Source of the DNA: a virus
Taxonomy: Duplodnaviria; Heunggongvirae; Uroviricota; Caudoviricetes
Reading direction: 5' to 3' (one strand)
IMG/VR virus record: IMGVR_UViG_3300045988_150638
Length of the DNA stretch: 64,000 nt
The position numbers and the translations under genes were made by a program. The notes below the pieces were generated by a model that saw nothing but the letters and a program-made list of their open reading frames with translations, was not told the DNA's origin and did not search any database. This document shows, piece after piece, positions 56,702 to 64,000 of the stretch; positions within the stretch are counted from its first letter, which is position 1, and every line of letters starts with the position of its first letter.

Positions 56702-56704
56702 GGC

Positions 56705-56812
56705 TTACTGTTTCCTGAGTGCTTCTATGACGCCAGCAATACCGCCTACAACTATGCCAGCAATGACAACGAGAACAATTGGATGCTTGTCAGCAAAATC
56801 CCAGAAGCCCAT
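56705..56812 (-). CDS. small membrane peptide (35 aa)
   Basis: MGFWDFADKHPIVLVVIAGIVVGGIAGVIEALRKQ; AAGGA SD; ATG overlaps the stop of the upstream 54-aa ORF. Confidence 0.35.
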   Translation of the reverse strand: MGFWDFADKHPIVLVVIAGIVVGGIAGVIEALRKQ

Positions 56813-56976
56813 CACTGATCCTTAGAAGCTGTTTTTAATATCGGCCATACCAATGTTACAGCTACTGCTACCAACGCCCCGTCGGATAAAACCGACAGGA
56901 TTGTGCTGGTGAAATCCACCAGCACAGATAGCACGAGAAAAACCAAAGCCAGAATTAGACGTGCTTTTATAACCAT
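56812..56976 (-). CDS. small membrane protein (54 aa)
   Basis: hydrophobic; ATGA overlap with the TerB-like gene stop (translational coupling). Confidence 0.35.
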   Translation of the reverse strand: MVIKARLILALVFLVLSVLVDFTSTILSVLSDGALVAVAVTLVWPILKTASKDQ

Positions 56977-57400
56977 CAGATATACTGTTCCAGTGGCAAT
57001 TGAAGAGCCTGGGCAATTTTCTTCAATTGCTCCTGCTCTTCTGCCCCAATGCCATCCTGGTCAGCAATATCAATGCATAGGCACAGAACATCTACCGCAT
57101 CATTAGTTCCAGACACGTCAGCCAGTTCACGTAAAGCCTGGGCATTCGCTCGGCGCGGCGAGGCTTCATATTGAGCGCGAATATTGGCGCTCATCTGGGC
57201 AATTTCACCGGAGAACGGCGCAAAGGCAGGAAGTGCTGCAATGGTTTTTTCCAATACTGCAATTTCTTTCGCATCGCAGGTGCCGTCAGAGTATGCAATG
57301 GAATATGCGCCCAGACAGTCGCTTCCACCGCATCACGGTTTTCCATCTTCTTGACTCCGCCAGCCGCTTTGCGGAATTTCTTTTTGAGAATGCCGAGCAT
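56976..57400 (-). pseudogene. TerB-like (tciA-like) gene with apparent -1 frameshift
   Basis: N-terminal part in the frame starting at ATG 57400; the TerB-like body (IAYSDGTCDAKEIAV...IDIADQDGIGAEEQEQLKKIA) is in another frame with no in-frame ATG; frames meet near 57310-57320. Confidence 0.4.
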
Positions 57401-58131
57401 TTATTAACCTCATTACTGGTTGGGAAATAAGGTTGCGGTGCCGGGTGCCTCCCGGTGTCCTTTAGCTGGTTATCCACCGTGGACGGGGAAATAAGGAGAA
57501 ATAATGGACAGATATAACCATTTCCCCGCGTGCGCTTAGCCGCATTCACCGCAACGGAAAGAGCATTCCTGGTGGACCTGTAGATTGGGATATGAACCCG
57601 TTACAGGAGAATGCTCTTACCTGTTACGTGCTCCGTTTCGTGGAGCTAACGGCGGGTGATCGGGCCGCACCAGACTGGACTTATTTCAGCGTTATGCTCA
57701 TGCCAGAGAATCAAACTGTGATGGTCGGTGCTGAACTCCGACACAGGGTTGTAGCAAGCCACGCAAAGCGCGCACTACTGTAGTTGCGGCACATCAGCCT
57801 GTGCATTCACCACAATGTTGAGAACACTGGTTGTCACGCTGCAACGCAACATTTATTCGTAGATTGGGATATGACCCCGTTACGCCAGTGTTCTCAACGT
57901 TGTAGTGCCGGTTACGGTTCCGGCCAGGCCTCTTCCTCAACGGGGTGTTCTCCATACGGACTACCGTTTATTGGTCGTTCCTGCGGTTTATGTTGTGAAG
58001 CCAGATGCTTATCTTCTGGTTGCTTCAAAGAGCTGCACTTCATCACAACGGTAAGGGTACTTCGTAGGGATTCGAACCCTCTGCCAAGCTCGGCGATCTC
58101 CGACGTCGCAAAATACCCTTACCTGTTGTGC

Positions 58132-58207
58132 TGGTGCCGATTAACGGACTCGAACCGCTGACATCCTGCTTACAAGGCAGGCGCTCTACCAACTGAGCTA
58201 AACCGGC
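58132..58207 (-). tRNA. tRNA-Thr (anticodon UGU)
   Basis: 76 nt cloverleaf with 7-bp acceptor stem, anticodon loop CUUGUAA, T-loop TTCGAGT, 3' CCA. Confidence 0.85.
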
Positions 58208-58209
58208 AT

Positions 58210-58285
58210 TGGCGATGGTGGATGGATTTGAACCATCGACCCGTTGATTAACAGTCAACCGCTCTAACCGCTGAGCTACACCATC
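58210..58285 (-). tRNA. tRNA-Asn (anticodon GUU)
   Basis: 76 nt cloverleaf; anticodon loop CUGUUAA; T-loop TTCAAAT; 3' CCA. Confidence 0.85.
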
Positions 58286-58940
58286 ACTTGCCGGGTACGT
58301 CTCCGGCGAGGGCTTCCACCTCCGTATGCTTTTCGGCGCACCGCGCCCTGGCTGCAATTCGGTAACAGGGGATGCACAACCCTGGCTTCCAGCGTGATTA
58401 GCGCCTTCAGCATGACGGGATATACCCGTAAATTCGTGGAACTGTACCCAAAGTGCTGTTAAGCACCGCTGTTACGCTGAAAAGAAAACGCAACAGGAAA
58501 GGACGCTGACCAACAGATGGCCCCTTCTCGTTCATCTGGTTAATCACACCAGCGCCCTTACCTGTTGTGCCTCCCCGTTCCCTAATACACAGACGGGGAC
58601 ACTCTGCGGTCGATTTTTTTGACGGGGGACGACTCATACCCCGTGGCATCTGGTTTCTTAGGCCGCTACCATCATCAGATCATCGTTTGCATTTACTTTA
58701 ATGGTCAGTTTCTAAACCGCCGCAAAGTCGCTAACCATGACGAAAACCCTGAAAAAAACGCCCACCCGAAGATGGGCAAACTGGAAGCTCGTAACGCACT
58801 TCGGCGTTGCCACTTAGGCGCATGGTCAACCTGGCAACTCGGTGGTTTGTCTGGGAGGACTAGGCCCAGCCATGCTTACCGCCGCGCCTGTCGCGGCTAA
58901 CAGCTAAATCGCTCTATAAATCACGATTCATTGAGGCGAT

Positions 58941-58968
58941 ATTACACTAATAAATTTATTAGAGCAAT
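58941..58968. promoter_or_regulatory. bipartite overlapping C1 operator (Op72-like) controlling the tRNA-ban operon
   Basis: plus strand ATTACACTAATAAATTT (15/17) overlaps by 6 bp a perfect minus-strand ATTGCTCTAATAAATTT (17/17), forming a near-palindrome. Confidence 0.7.
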
Positions 58969-60977
58969 ATACCCAAAACGTCATGAGCTACACCTCGAGT
59001 GTCCCCCTTACAAGACACAGAACGTCTGGCAAAAAGATGTTCCACTCTGAAGCCACTGTCATGATAAAGCTCTCTGATGTTTGGCGCGCCACTGTTAGTA
59101 ATGAGAACCTTTGCACCTCGACGATGAGCTTCCGTCAACAGAGATACCAGGCGTTTTTGCTCTTCAAACTTAAAGTCATGACCGGAATAGTTCGTGAATC
59201 CCTCTGTATTTGGAAGCGGTTCATACGGCGGATCGCAAAAGATGACATCTCCTTCTCCGGCAGCTTCAATCACCGCTGCAAAATCACCGCATACAAACTC
59301 AGACCGCCCTTCCGCACCGAGGAAGGCTTCCATCTCCTGTAATGGGAAATACGGAGTTTTATACTTCCCATAACCGACATTGAACTCACCGGCCTGGTTG
59401 TAACGCGTCAATCCGTTAAAACAATGTCGGTTCAGGAACAAAAACGCCGCTGCGCGATGTAAATCATCATAGACTTGTTTGTTAAACGCATTCCGTACTG
59501 CCAGGTATCCTTCCTGTGTGTTGTAGTCCTGGAAGAAACGATGTGCCAGAGTGATAAGTGAATGCGCCTCGCGTTGCAGAGTCTTGTAAAAGTTAATCAG
59601 GTCAGCATTCACATCATTTAGCAGATTTTCCTGGTATCCGGCATTCATGAAGACAGCTCCGCCACCAACGAAAGGTTCAATCAGGCGCTTCCCTTCTGGC
59701 AAATAGCGAAAGATTTGTTCCAGAACACCAAATTTTCCACCAGCCCATTTGAATATGGACCGTTCGAATTCTGCCGCTGGTTTAACTTTTCGCTCTTTTG
59801 TTTCACGCCCTTCATTCTGCCGACATGCAGCCTTGGTTATCCGCTCGCCAATCCAGCGCATTACTGGTATCGCCATACTATTGCCGATCGCTTTGTAACG
59901 CGGTCCGTCAGCTGCAAGCATTGCGGCCTCTTCTTCGTTCAAATCAGGAGAGTTTTTGCGAAGGTATGCCAGTTCATCTGAAGAAACTTTTTTACGCTTT
60001 TCCGTAGGGATCAATGTATGTCCATCAGGAAAACCTTGCAGCCTTTCACATTCGACAGGGGTAAGACGGCGCATTCTACCGTCGCCGAGCAATACAATTG
60101 GTGCTTCATGGTTACATGTCAAAGTTGGTGCCGAATTATCGGTTTTTATCTCAGCCCCTCCTTGCCCATGTGCCATGGCAACTATGTTTGTATCATCGCA
60201 AGATCTGATAGCGATGTCTGAAGTATATCTGGTAGTTTCCTTCCCCTCGCCTCTGCTCGGCGCAATATTCCGGCGCACGCCTTCGAACTCAAAAAGTACC
60301 GTTGCGGGATCGAGGTCTGTTCGAGCACTTGCGACAACAAACACGCGTCGGCGTCGTTGTGCCACTCCGAAGTATTGGGCATCAAGGATTCTCCAGGCCA
60401 CCTTTCGCTGCGGTCCATAAATACAACCACACTGCGGCCACTTTGGAACATGGCAACCGGTTTTGCCATCCCACCGCCAGAACGCGTTGCTTTTTCCTGA
60501 TTCAGGTCGATCACCTGGTTCAAATGGCACATCTTCTCCAGCCAATCCAGCAAGGAAACATCCGAAGGCGTTATCTGCCGATGACAAGACTCCTGGGACA
60601 TTTTCCCAGACGATAACGGCTGGTTTGAGAAATGACTCAGCCCGTTTGTCGTCAATTGCATTTGCAAGCTCCACATACTTTAAAGTTAGCGCGCCACGCT
60701 CATCATCAAGCCCACCACGTAATCCCGCGATACTGAATGCCTGACAAGGTGTTCCCCCGACGAGCACATCAGGGGATTCGATTTCCCCAGCCAGGACTTT
60801 TTTGGCAAGTTTTGTCATGTCGCCAAGGTTGGCGACATGGGGCCAGCGGTGCGCAAGAACGGCAGATGGAAAAGACTCGATTTCAGCAAACCACACCGGA
60901 CGCATACCCAACGGTTCCCAGGCAATACTCGCGGCTTCAATTCCACTGCAAACAGATCCATAGCACAGCTCTTTCAC
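58959..60977 (-). CDS. dmt: Dmt bifunctional DNA methyltransferase (C5-cytosine plus N6-adenine)
   Basis: 672 aa; N-terminal C5-MTase motifs ([19 protein letters not shown]) and C-terminal Dam-like motifs (FKWAGGK, DPPY). Confidence 0.85.
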   Translation of the reverse strand: MKELCYGSVCSGIEAASIAWEPLGMRPVWFAEIESFPSAVLAHRWPHVANLGDMTKLAKKVLAGEIESPDVLVGGTPCQAFSIAGLRGGLDDERGALTLKYVELANAIDDKRAESFLKPAVIVWENVPGVLSSADNAFGCFLAGLAGEDVPFEPGDRPESGKSNAFWRWDGKTGCHVPKWPQCGCIYGPQRKVAWRILDAQYFGVAQRRRRVFVVASARTDLDPATVLFEFEGVRRNIAPSRGEGKETTRYTSDIAIRSCDDTNIVAMAHGQGGAEIKTDNSAPTLTCNHEAPIVLLGDGRMRRLTPVECERLQGFPDGHTLIPTEKRKKVSSDELAYLRKNSPDLNEEEAAMLAADGPRYKAIGNSMAIPVMRWIGERITKAACRQNEGRETKERKVKPAAEFERSIFKWAGGKFGVLEQIFRYLPEGKRLIEPFVGGGAVFMNAGYQENLLNDVNADLINFYKTLQREAHSLITLAHRFFQDYNTQEGYLAVRNAFNKQVYDDLHRAAAFLFLNRHCFNGLTRYNQAGEFNVGYGKYKTPYFPLQEMEAFLGAEGRSEFVCGDFAAVIEAAGEGDVIFCDPPYEPLPNTEGFTNYSGHDFKFEEQKRLVSLLTEAHRRGAKVLITNSGAPNIRELYHDSGFRVEHLFARRSVSCKGDTRGVAHDVLGILL

Positions 60978-61879
60978 TGCTTAGCCTCTCCACCAAGGGC
61001 ATTTACCAGAGCATCAACCAGGCACGAAATTTCACTGGTCAACAGGAAGAAATCTGCGTCCAGTCGCTGCGCAACATCTTCACTATCAATATCAGAGTTC
61101 TGCTCAAGCAATTCATCCGCAAATTTGACGCTGGTAAGGCTGAAGTTATGGTCCAGTGTAAATTTAATGCGGTTCTGCCAGTCGAGTGCCAACTTAGTGA
61201 CGCGCTTGCCAGCTTCCAGGTGTGTGGATATTTCATCACTTCCCAAGTCCTGCTTTTTCACTCGGGCAATACCGCCATCCTCAAGCACTGCCTTAAGTTC
61301 TGCCGCATCCCCCATTTGAAATCCCTGTGGAGCACTACCATCACGTACCCAGTCGGTCAGCGTTAATTCAATGGGATTTTCAACACTTAGGGGAACAACA
61401 GGAAGAGAACCCAGAGATTTACGCATAAGCGCGAGCATATCCTCTGCCTGCCGCGCGCTGGCATTGATATAGATACGTTTAGTTGAACCGTCGTAGATCG
61501 CCTGGATAACAGAAAACTTTGAAAAAGCCCGTGGCAGAAGAGAATGCAGAACTTCGTCTTTCAGGGAGTCCTTCTCTGTTTTCTTCAGTTTACGCGCTTG
61601 TTCTTGCTCGAGTTTTTCAATTTTTTCTTGAATAGCTCGCTGGATAACCGGCGGGGGAAGAATTTTTGTTTCGCGCTTTGCTTCAACAAGGATAAAACCA
61701 TTTCCATGCATAGCGATAACTTCGGAATTATCACCAAATGGAGATACAAAACCGAACTTGGCCATATCCTGACTACCGCATGGCGTGAAAAGGATCATTT
61801 TCTTTTTATCTTCTAAGTCGGTCAGATCCGCCTCACGAGAAAGTTTATAAATAGTAATGTTTTTCCAGTGCTTAAACAT
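60974..61879 (-). CDS. hrdC: HrdC (RdgC homolog)
   Basis: 301 aa from the ATG at 61879 (ORF extends to 61993); collinear with my recollection of E. coli RdgC ([13 protein letters not shown]..., [30 protein letters not shown]). Confidence 0.85.
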   Translation of the reverse strand: MFKHWKNITIYKLSREADLTDLEDKKKMILFTPCGSQDMAKFGFVSPFGDNSEVIAMHGNGFILVEAKRETKILPPPVIQRAIQEKIEKLEQEQARKLKKTEKDSLKDEVLHSLLPRAFSKFSVIQAIYDGSTKRIYINASARQAEDMLALMRKSLGSLPVVPLSVENPIELTLTDWVRDGSAPQGFQMGDAAELKAVLEDGGIARVKKQDLGSDEISTHLEAGKRVTKLALDWQNRIKFTLDHNFSLTSVKFADELLEQNSDIDSEDVAQRLDADFFLLTSEISCLVDALVNALGGEAKQ

Positions 61880-62228
61880 GTTGTAACCCTTGAATATCAA
61901 CCACAGAAAGCTCGTTTTTGTAGAAAAAGGCCAGGTTGAGGCACCCCCTAGTTTGAGCGTATGAGCTGGGACCAATTTCGTTCTTCCAGACAAATGGCTT
62001 CAAATCCGTACGGCGAAGCATAAAAACGCGATTTGTTCCGCTCTGATTCCCAATGAGGCAAAAGCCTTCTTTCACCTTGATAGCCTGCAAGTTGTCGAGT
62101 TCACCGCTGGTTACACGGCTATCGAACTCTTTGCGGCTTATTAGCTCCATCTGCATCTGACGACTCCAAACAAATACCCATTGAAGGGCGATGGCTGAAT
62201 GGTACCGAAAACACGACATAAAAAACAA
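61872..62228 (-). CDS. uhr: Uhr (upstream of hrdC)
   Basis: ORF upstream of hrdC; a C1 operator overlaps the ORF 5' end, so the true start is probably an internal Met. Confidence 0.35.
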   Translation of the reverse strand: MFFMSCFRYHSAIALQWVFVWSRQMQMELISRKEFDSRVTSGELDNLQAIKVKEGFCLIGNQSGTNRVFMLRRTDLKPFVWKNEIGPSSYAQTRGCLNLAFFYKNELSVVDIQGLQHV

Positions 62229-62244
62229 TATTTATTAGAGCAAT
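62228..62244 (-). promoter_or_regulatory. C1 operator upstream of the uhr-hrdC-dmt operon
   Basis: minus strand ATTGCTCTAATAAATAT (16/17). Confidence 0.65.
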
Positions 62245-62324
62245 AATGCAATAGTTAACACCATGTAGACCACAAGTAACCTAAGTTAAAATAACGAAAA
62301 CCAGAGCAAATAATTGGTGATGAC

Positions 62325-62609
62325 GTGGCAAGTATTGCAACAAAAGACAGCATTTGTTCGGGGCACGGAGGATTCCCATCCAGGCCTCCTGTAGAGAGTG
62401 AACCACTACTTAAAGTCAACGGAGTCGAAGTGTTAGTTGATGGTAAGCAATATGCACAGCATACCGATGGAAACAGTACGCACGGTGGGCAAGCTATATC
62501 AACCAGGGCATGGTTTACCGTCAATGGTAAAGGGATCGTATGCGTTGGTGACCCTGTTTCATGCGGATCTACCGTAGCGTCCGGAGACGGCCTGGTTCAG
62601 GTAAGTTAG
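62325..62609 (+). CDS. PAAR-like small protein
   Basis: 94 aa with GTG start; Gly/Cys pattern (CSGHGG...GDPVSCGSTV) reminiscent of PAAR spike-tip proteins. Confidence 0.35.
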   Translation: MASIATKDSICSGHGGFPSRPPVESEPLLKVNGVEVLVDGKQYAQHTDGNSTHGGQAISTRAWFTVNGKGIVCVGDPVSCGSTVASGDGLVQVS

Positions 62610-62617
62610 GAGATATC

Positions 62618-63406
62618 ATGCTGGAAAAAGACTACCAGTTATCCGCATATAAAAAATTGGCCGCCGCCGGTGGGATGAAAACACCTGGTGCCATAACATC
62701 GGCACGAAACAGTGCTAACACAGCAAAACTGCTTGCAGAAGAATTGACCGGATTAATTCTGGATACAATTGTCTATCCCGACACTATTACCAGCTATGTT
62801 TCAACGATCAGAACAACCACAACCGGCTTAACGAACATTGGAGAACTGACAACTAAGCACGCGGACCTGTTGGCTGGTTATGCAGATCTGTCAATGCTGC
62901 TTCAACTCGATATTGGTTGGGAGGTTTACTGCCGTGCTAATGAGCGAGAAGTTTCAGAACTGCCGATCTCTATTGCCATTGGTGATGTGAATATTACTAA
63001 ATCGCTTGAGGACGCTGTTAACGCGCTTAATACATCAAGTTTAGTCGCTGCTATGGGGGAGATTAACCAGACCCTTAACACTGGCTCAGGAAGCTCGTCA
63101 AGCTCTGGTTCAGGCGGCGGCACTGCCACTCCCCCACCAGCACTAACAGAAGAGCAAATTGAATCTCTGAAAGTAGCAACTGAACAGTTTGGGGTTGTTT
63201 TCAACCAGACAACAGCGCCCACAACTGCGTTACAACAGCAGTATGAACGAGCGAATGAAAGCGCCAACGTAGCCATAACTGCTTATAACCATGCTATCGG
63301 TACCGCGCTTGCGGAAGCATCAGCAAATAAGGTCAGCACAGCCAGCGCAGTTGCCGCTTTGGTTCCTGATTCTGTTCTTGATGAATTAAACAAAGCGGCA
63401 CAGTAA
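62618..63406 (+). CDS. hypothetical protein
   Basis: 262 aa from the ATG at 62618 (GGAG SD); Ser/Gly-rich linker. Confidence 0.4.
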   Translation: MLEKDYQLSAYKKLAAAGGMKTPGAITSARNSANTAKLLAEELTGLILDTIVYPDTITSYVSTIRTTTTGLTNIGELTTKHADLLAGYADLSMLLQLDIGWEVYCRANEREVSELPISIAIGDVNITKSLEDAVNALNTSSLVAAMGEINQTLNTGSGSSSSSGSGGGTATPPPALTEEQIESLKVATEQFGVVFNQTTAPTTALQQQYERANESANVAITAYNHAIGTALAEASANKVSTASAVAALVPDSVLDELNKAAQ

Positions 63407-63445
63407 CAAAGGACTTCATTGATAATTTTTCTTCAGGAGGAAGAC

Positions 63446-63868
63446 ATGTCATTCTTTTCTACGTTAAAAACAGCTTTGTCTTTGAAGGAGAAACTTGCTG
63501 CTACTGGTGTTCTTGTTCTGATTTGCGCACTTGTTGGTGCTGGGTTTGCATGGGAACGTCATCAGCTAAAGCAAGCCATGGAGAAAATTGGCAGTCTTGA
63601 TCAGGCTGTTAAGGAACGTGATAAGTCAATAATGGATCTTAACCAGACCATTGAGACGATGAACAAAGCAGAGCAACATTTCCACAGCCAGGAAGTGAAA
63701 AATGAATCAGAACAAGCCAAATATGCTGACAGGCAAATGGAACGAAAAGCTGAAGTTCAGAAACAACTGGTTGCGGCGGGTAATGTTCGCCAGCGCATTC
63801 CTGCTGACACTCAGCGGTTGCTCCGGGAGTCGATCAGCGAATTTAACGCCGACGCCGACAAAGGTTAA
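63446..63868 (+). CDS. Rz-like inner-membrane spanin
   Basis: ATG after AGGAGGAAG; N-terminal TM helix, coiled-coil, and C-terminal VAAGNVRQRI resembling lambda Rz VAAGRRRLHI. Confidence 0.45.
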   Translation: MSFFSTLKTALSLKEKLAATGVLVLICALVGAGFAWERHQLKQAMEKIGSLDQAVKERDKSIMDLNQTIETMNKAEQHFHSQEVKNESEQAKYADRQMERKAEVQKQLVAAGNVRQRIPADTQRLLRESISEFNADADKG

Positions 63869-64000
63869 CCACCCTGCCCCCAAAAGTGCATTTATGTGCA
63901 GGATGCCAGAGTTTAGCAGTGAATATTTTGATGATCTGCCAGCCTATATCCTTGATACAGAAACGATGCTGATGGGGATTAACAGGAAGAATCGCAACGT
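63783..64000 (+). CDS. Rz1-like outer-membrane lipoprotein spanin (partial, runs off window)
   Basis: embedded in the +1 frame of the Rz-like gene: MFASAFLLTLSGCSGS lipobox signal followed by a Pro-rich segment (TPTPTKVNHPAPKS); no stop before the window end. Confidence 0.4.
   Translation, partial: MFASAFLLTLSGCSGSRSANLTPTPTKVNHPAPKSAFMCRMPEFSSEYFDDLPAYILDTETMLMGINRKNRN

Noticed and set aside
57570-57905. Possible CRISPR array suggested by the repeated 25-nt core
   Set aside because: Only two copies, irregular spacing, each inside a hairpin, and no cas genes; better explained as structured RNA or a tRNA-cluster repeat.
59715-60744. Plus-strand ORFs inside dmt (for example 59956-60420)
   Set aside because: Nested antisense to the methyltransferase gene, which carries recognisable catalytic motifs.

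Overview
This 64 kb window reads as a contiguous segment of a P1-like temperate phage-plasmid (Punavirus type), in reverse orientation to the usual P1 map. The anchors are an exact loxP site (27516-27549), a Cre recombinase (343 aa), the C1 repressor (283 aa) with Coi, and at least 13 copies of the asymmetric 17-bp C1 operator (ATTGCTCTAATAAATTT-like). Also recognisable: PacA/PacB with the GATC-rich pac site, Lpa, Phd-Doc, HumD behind a LexA box, Hot, the Ban helicase behind three tRNA genes, Dmt, HrdC, the anti-restriction dar genes (DarB 2255 aa, DarA, DdrA, DdrB), portal and head protease, the SAR endolysin Lyz, SSB, Ref, Mat, Cra, Lxc and Ulx. Gene names and the P1 map order are recalled, not searched, so treat them as working labels. 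The main candidate for a new system is a compact, AT-rich two-gene cassette (22427-23976, minus strand) in the mat-lxc interval, where canonical P1 carries the EcoP1I res-mod genes and IS1: a 346-aa unknown protein translationally coupled to a 169-aa nucleoside 2-deoxyribosyltransferase-like protein. A second accessory candidate is an HTH-HipA-like kinase (8184-9488). Smaller observations include two apparent frameshifts, repeated structured elements in the tRNA cluster, a recurring late-promoter-like motif, and a spanin pair at the window end. No CRISPR array, rRNA or transposase gene was seen.
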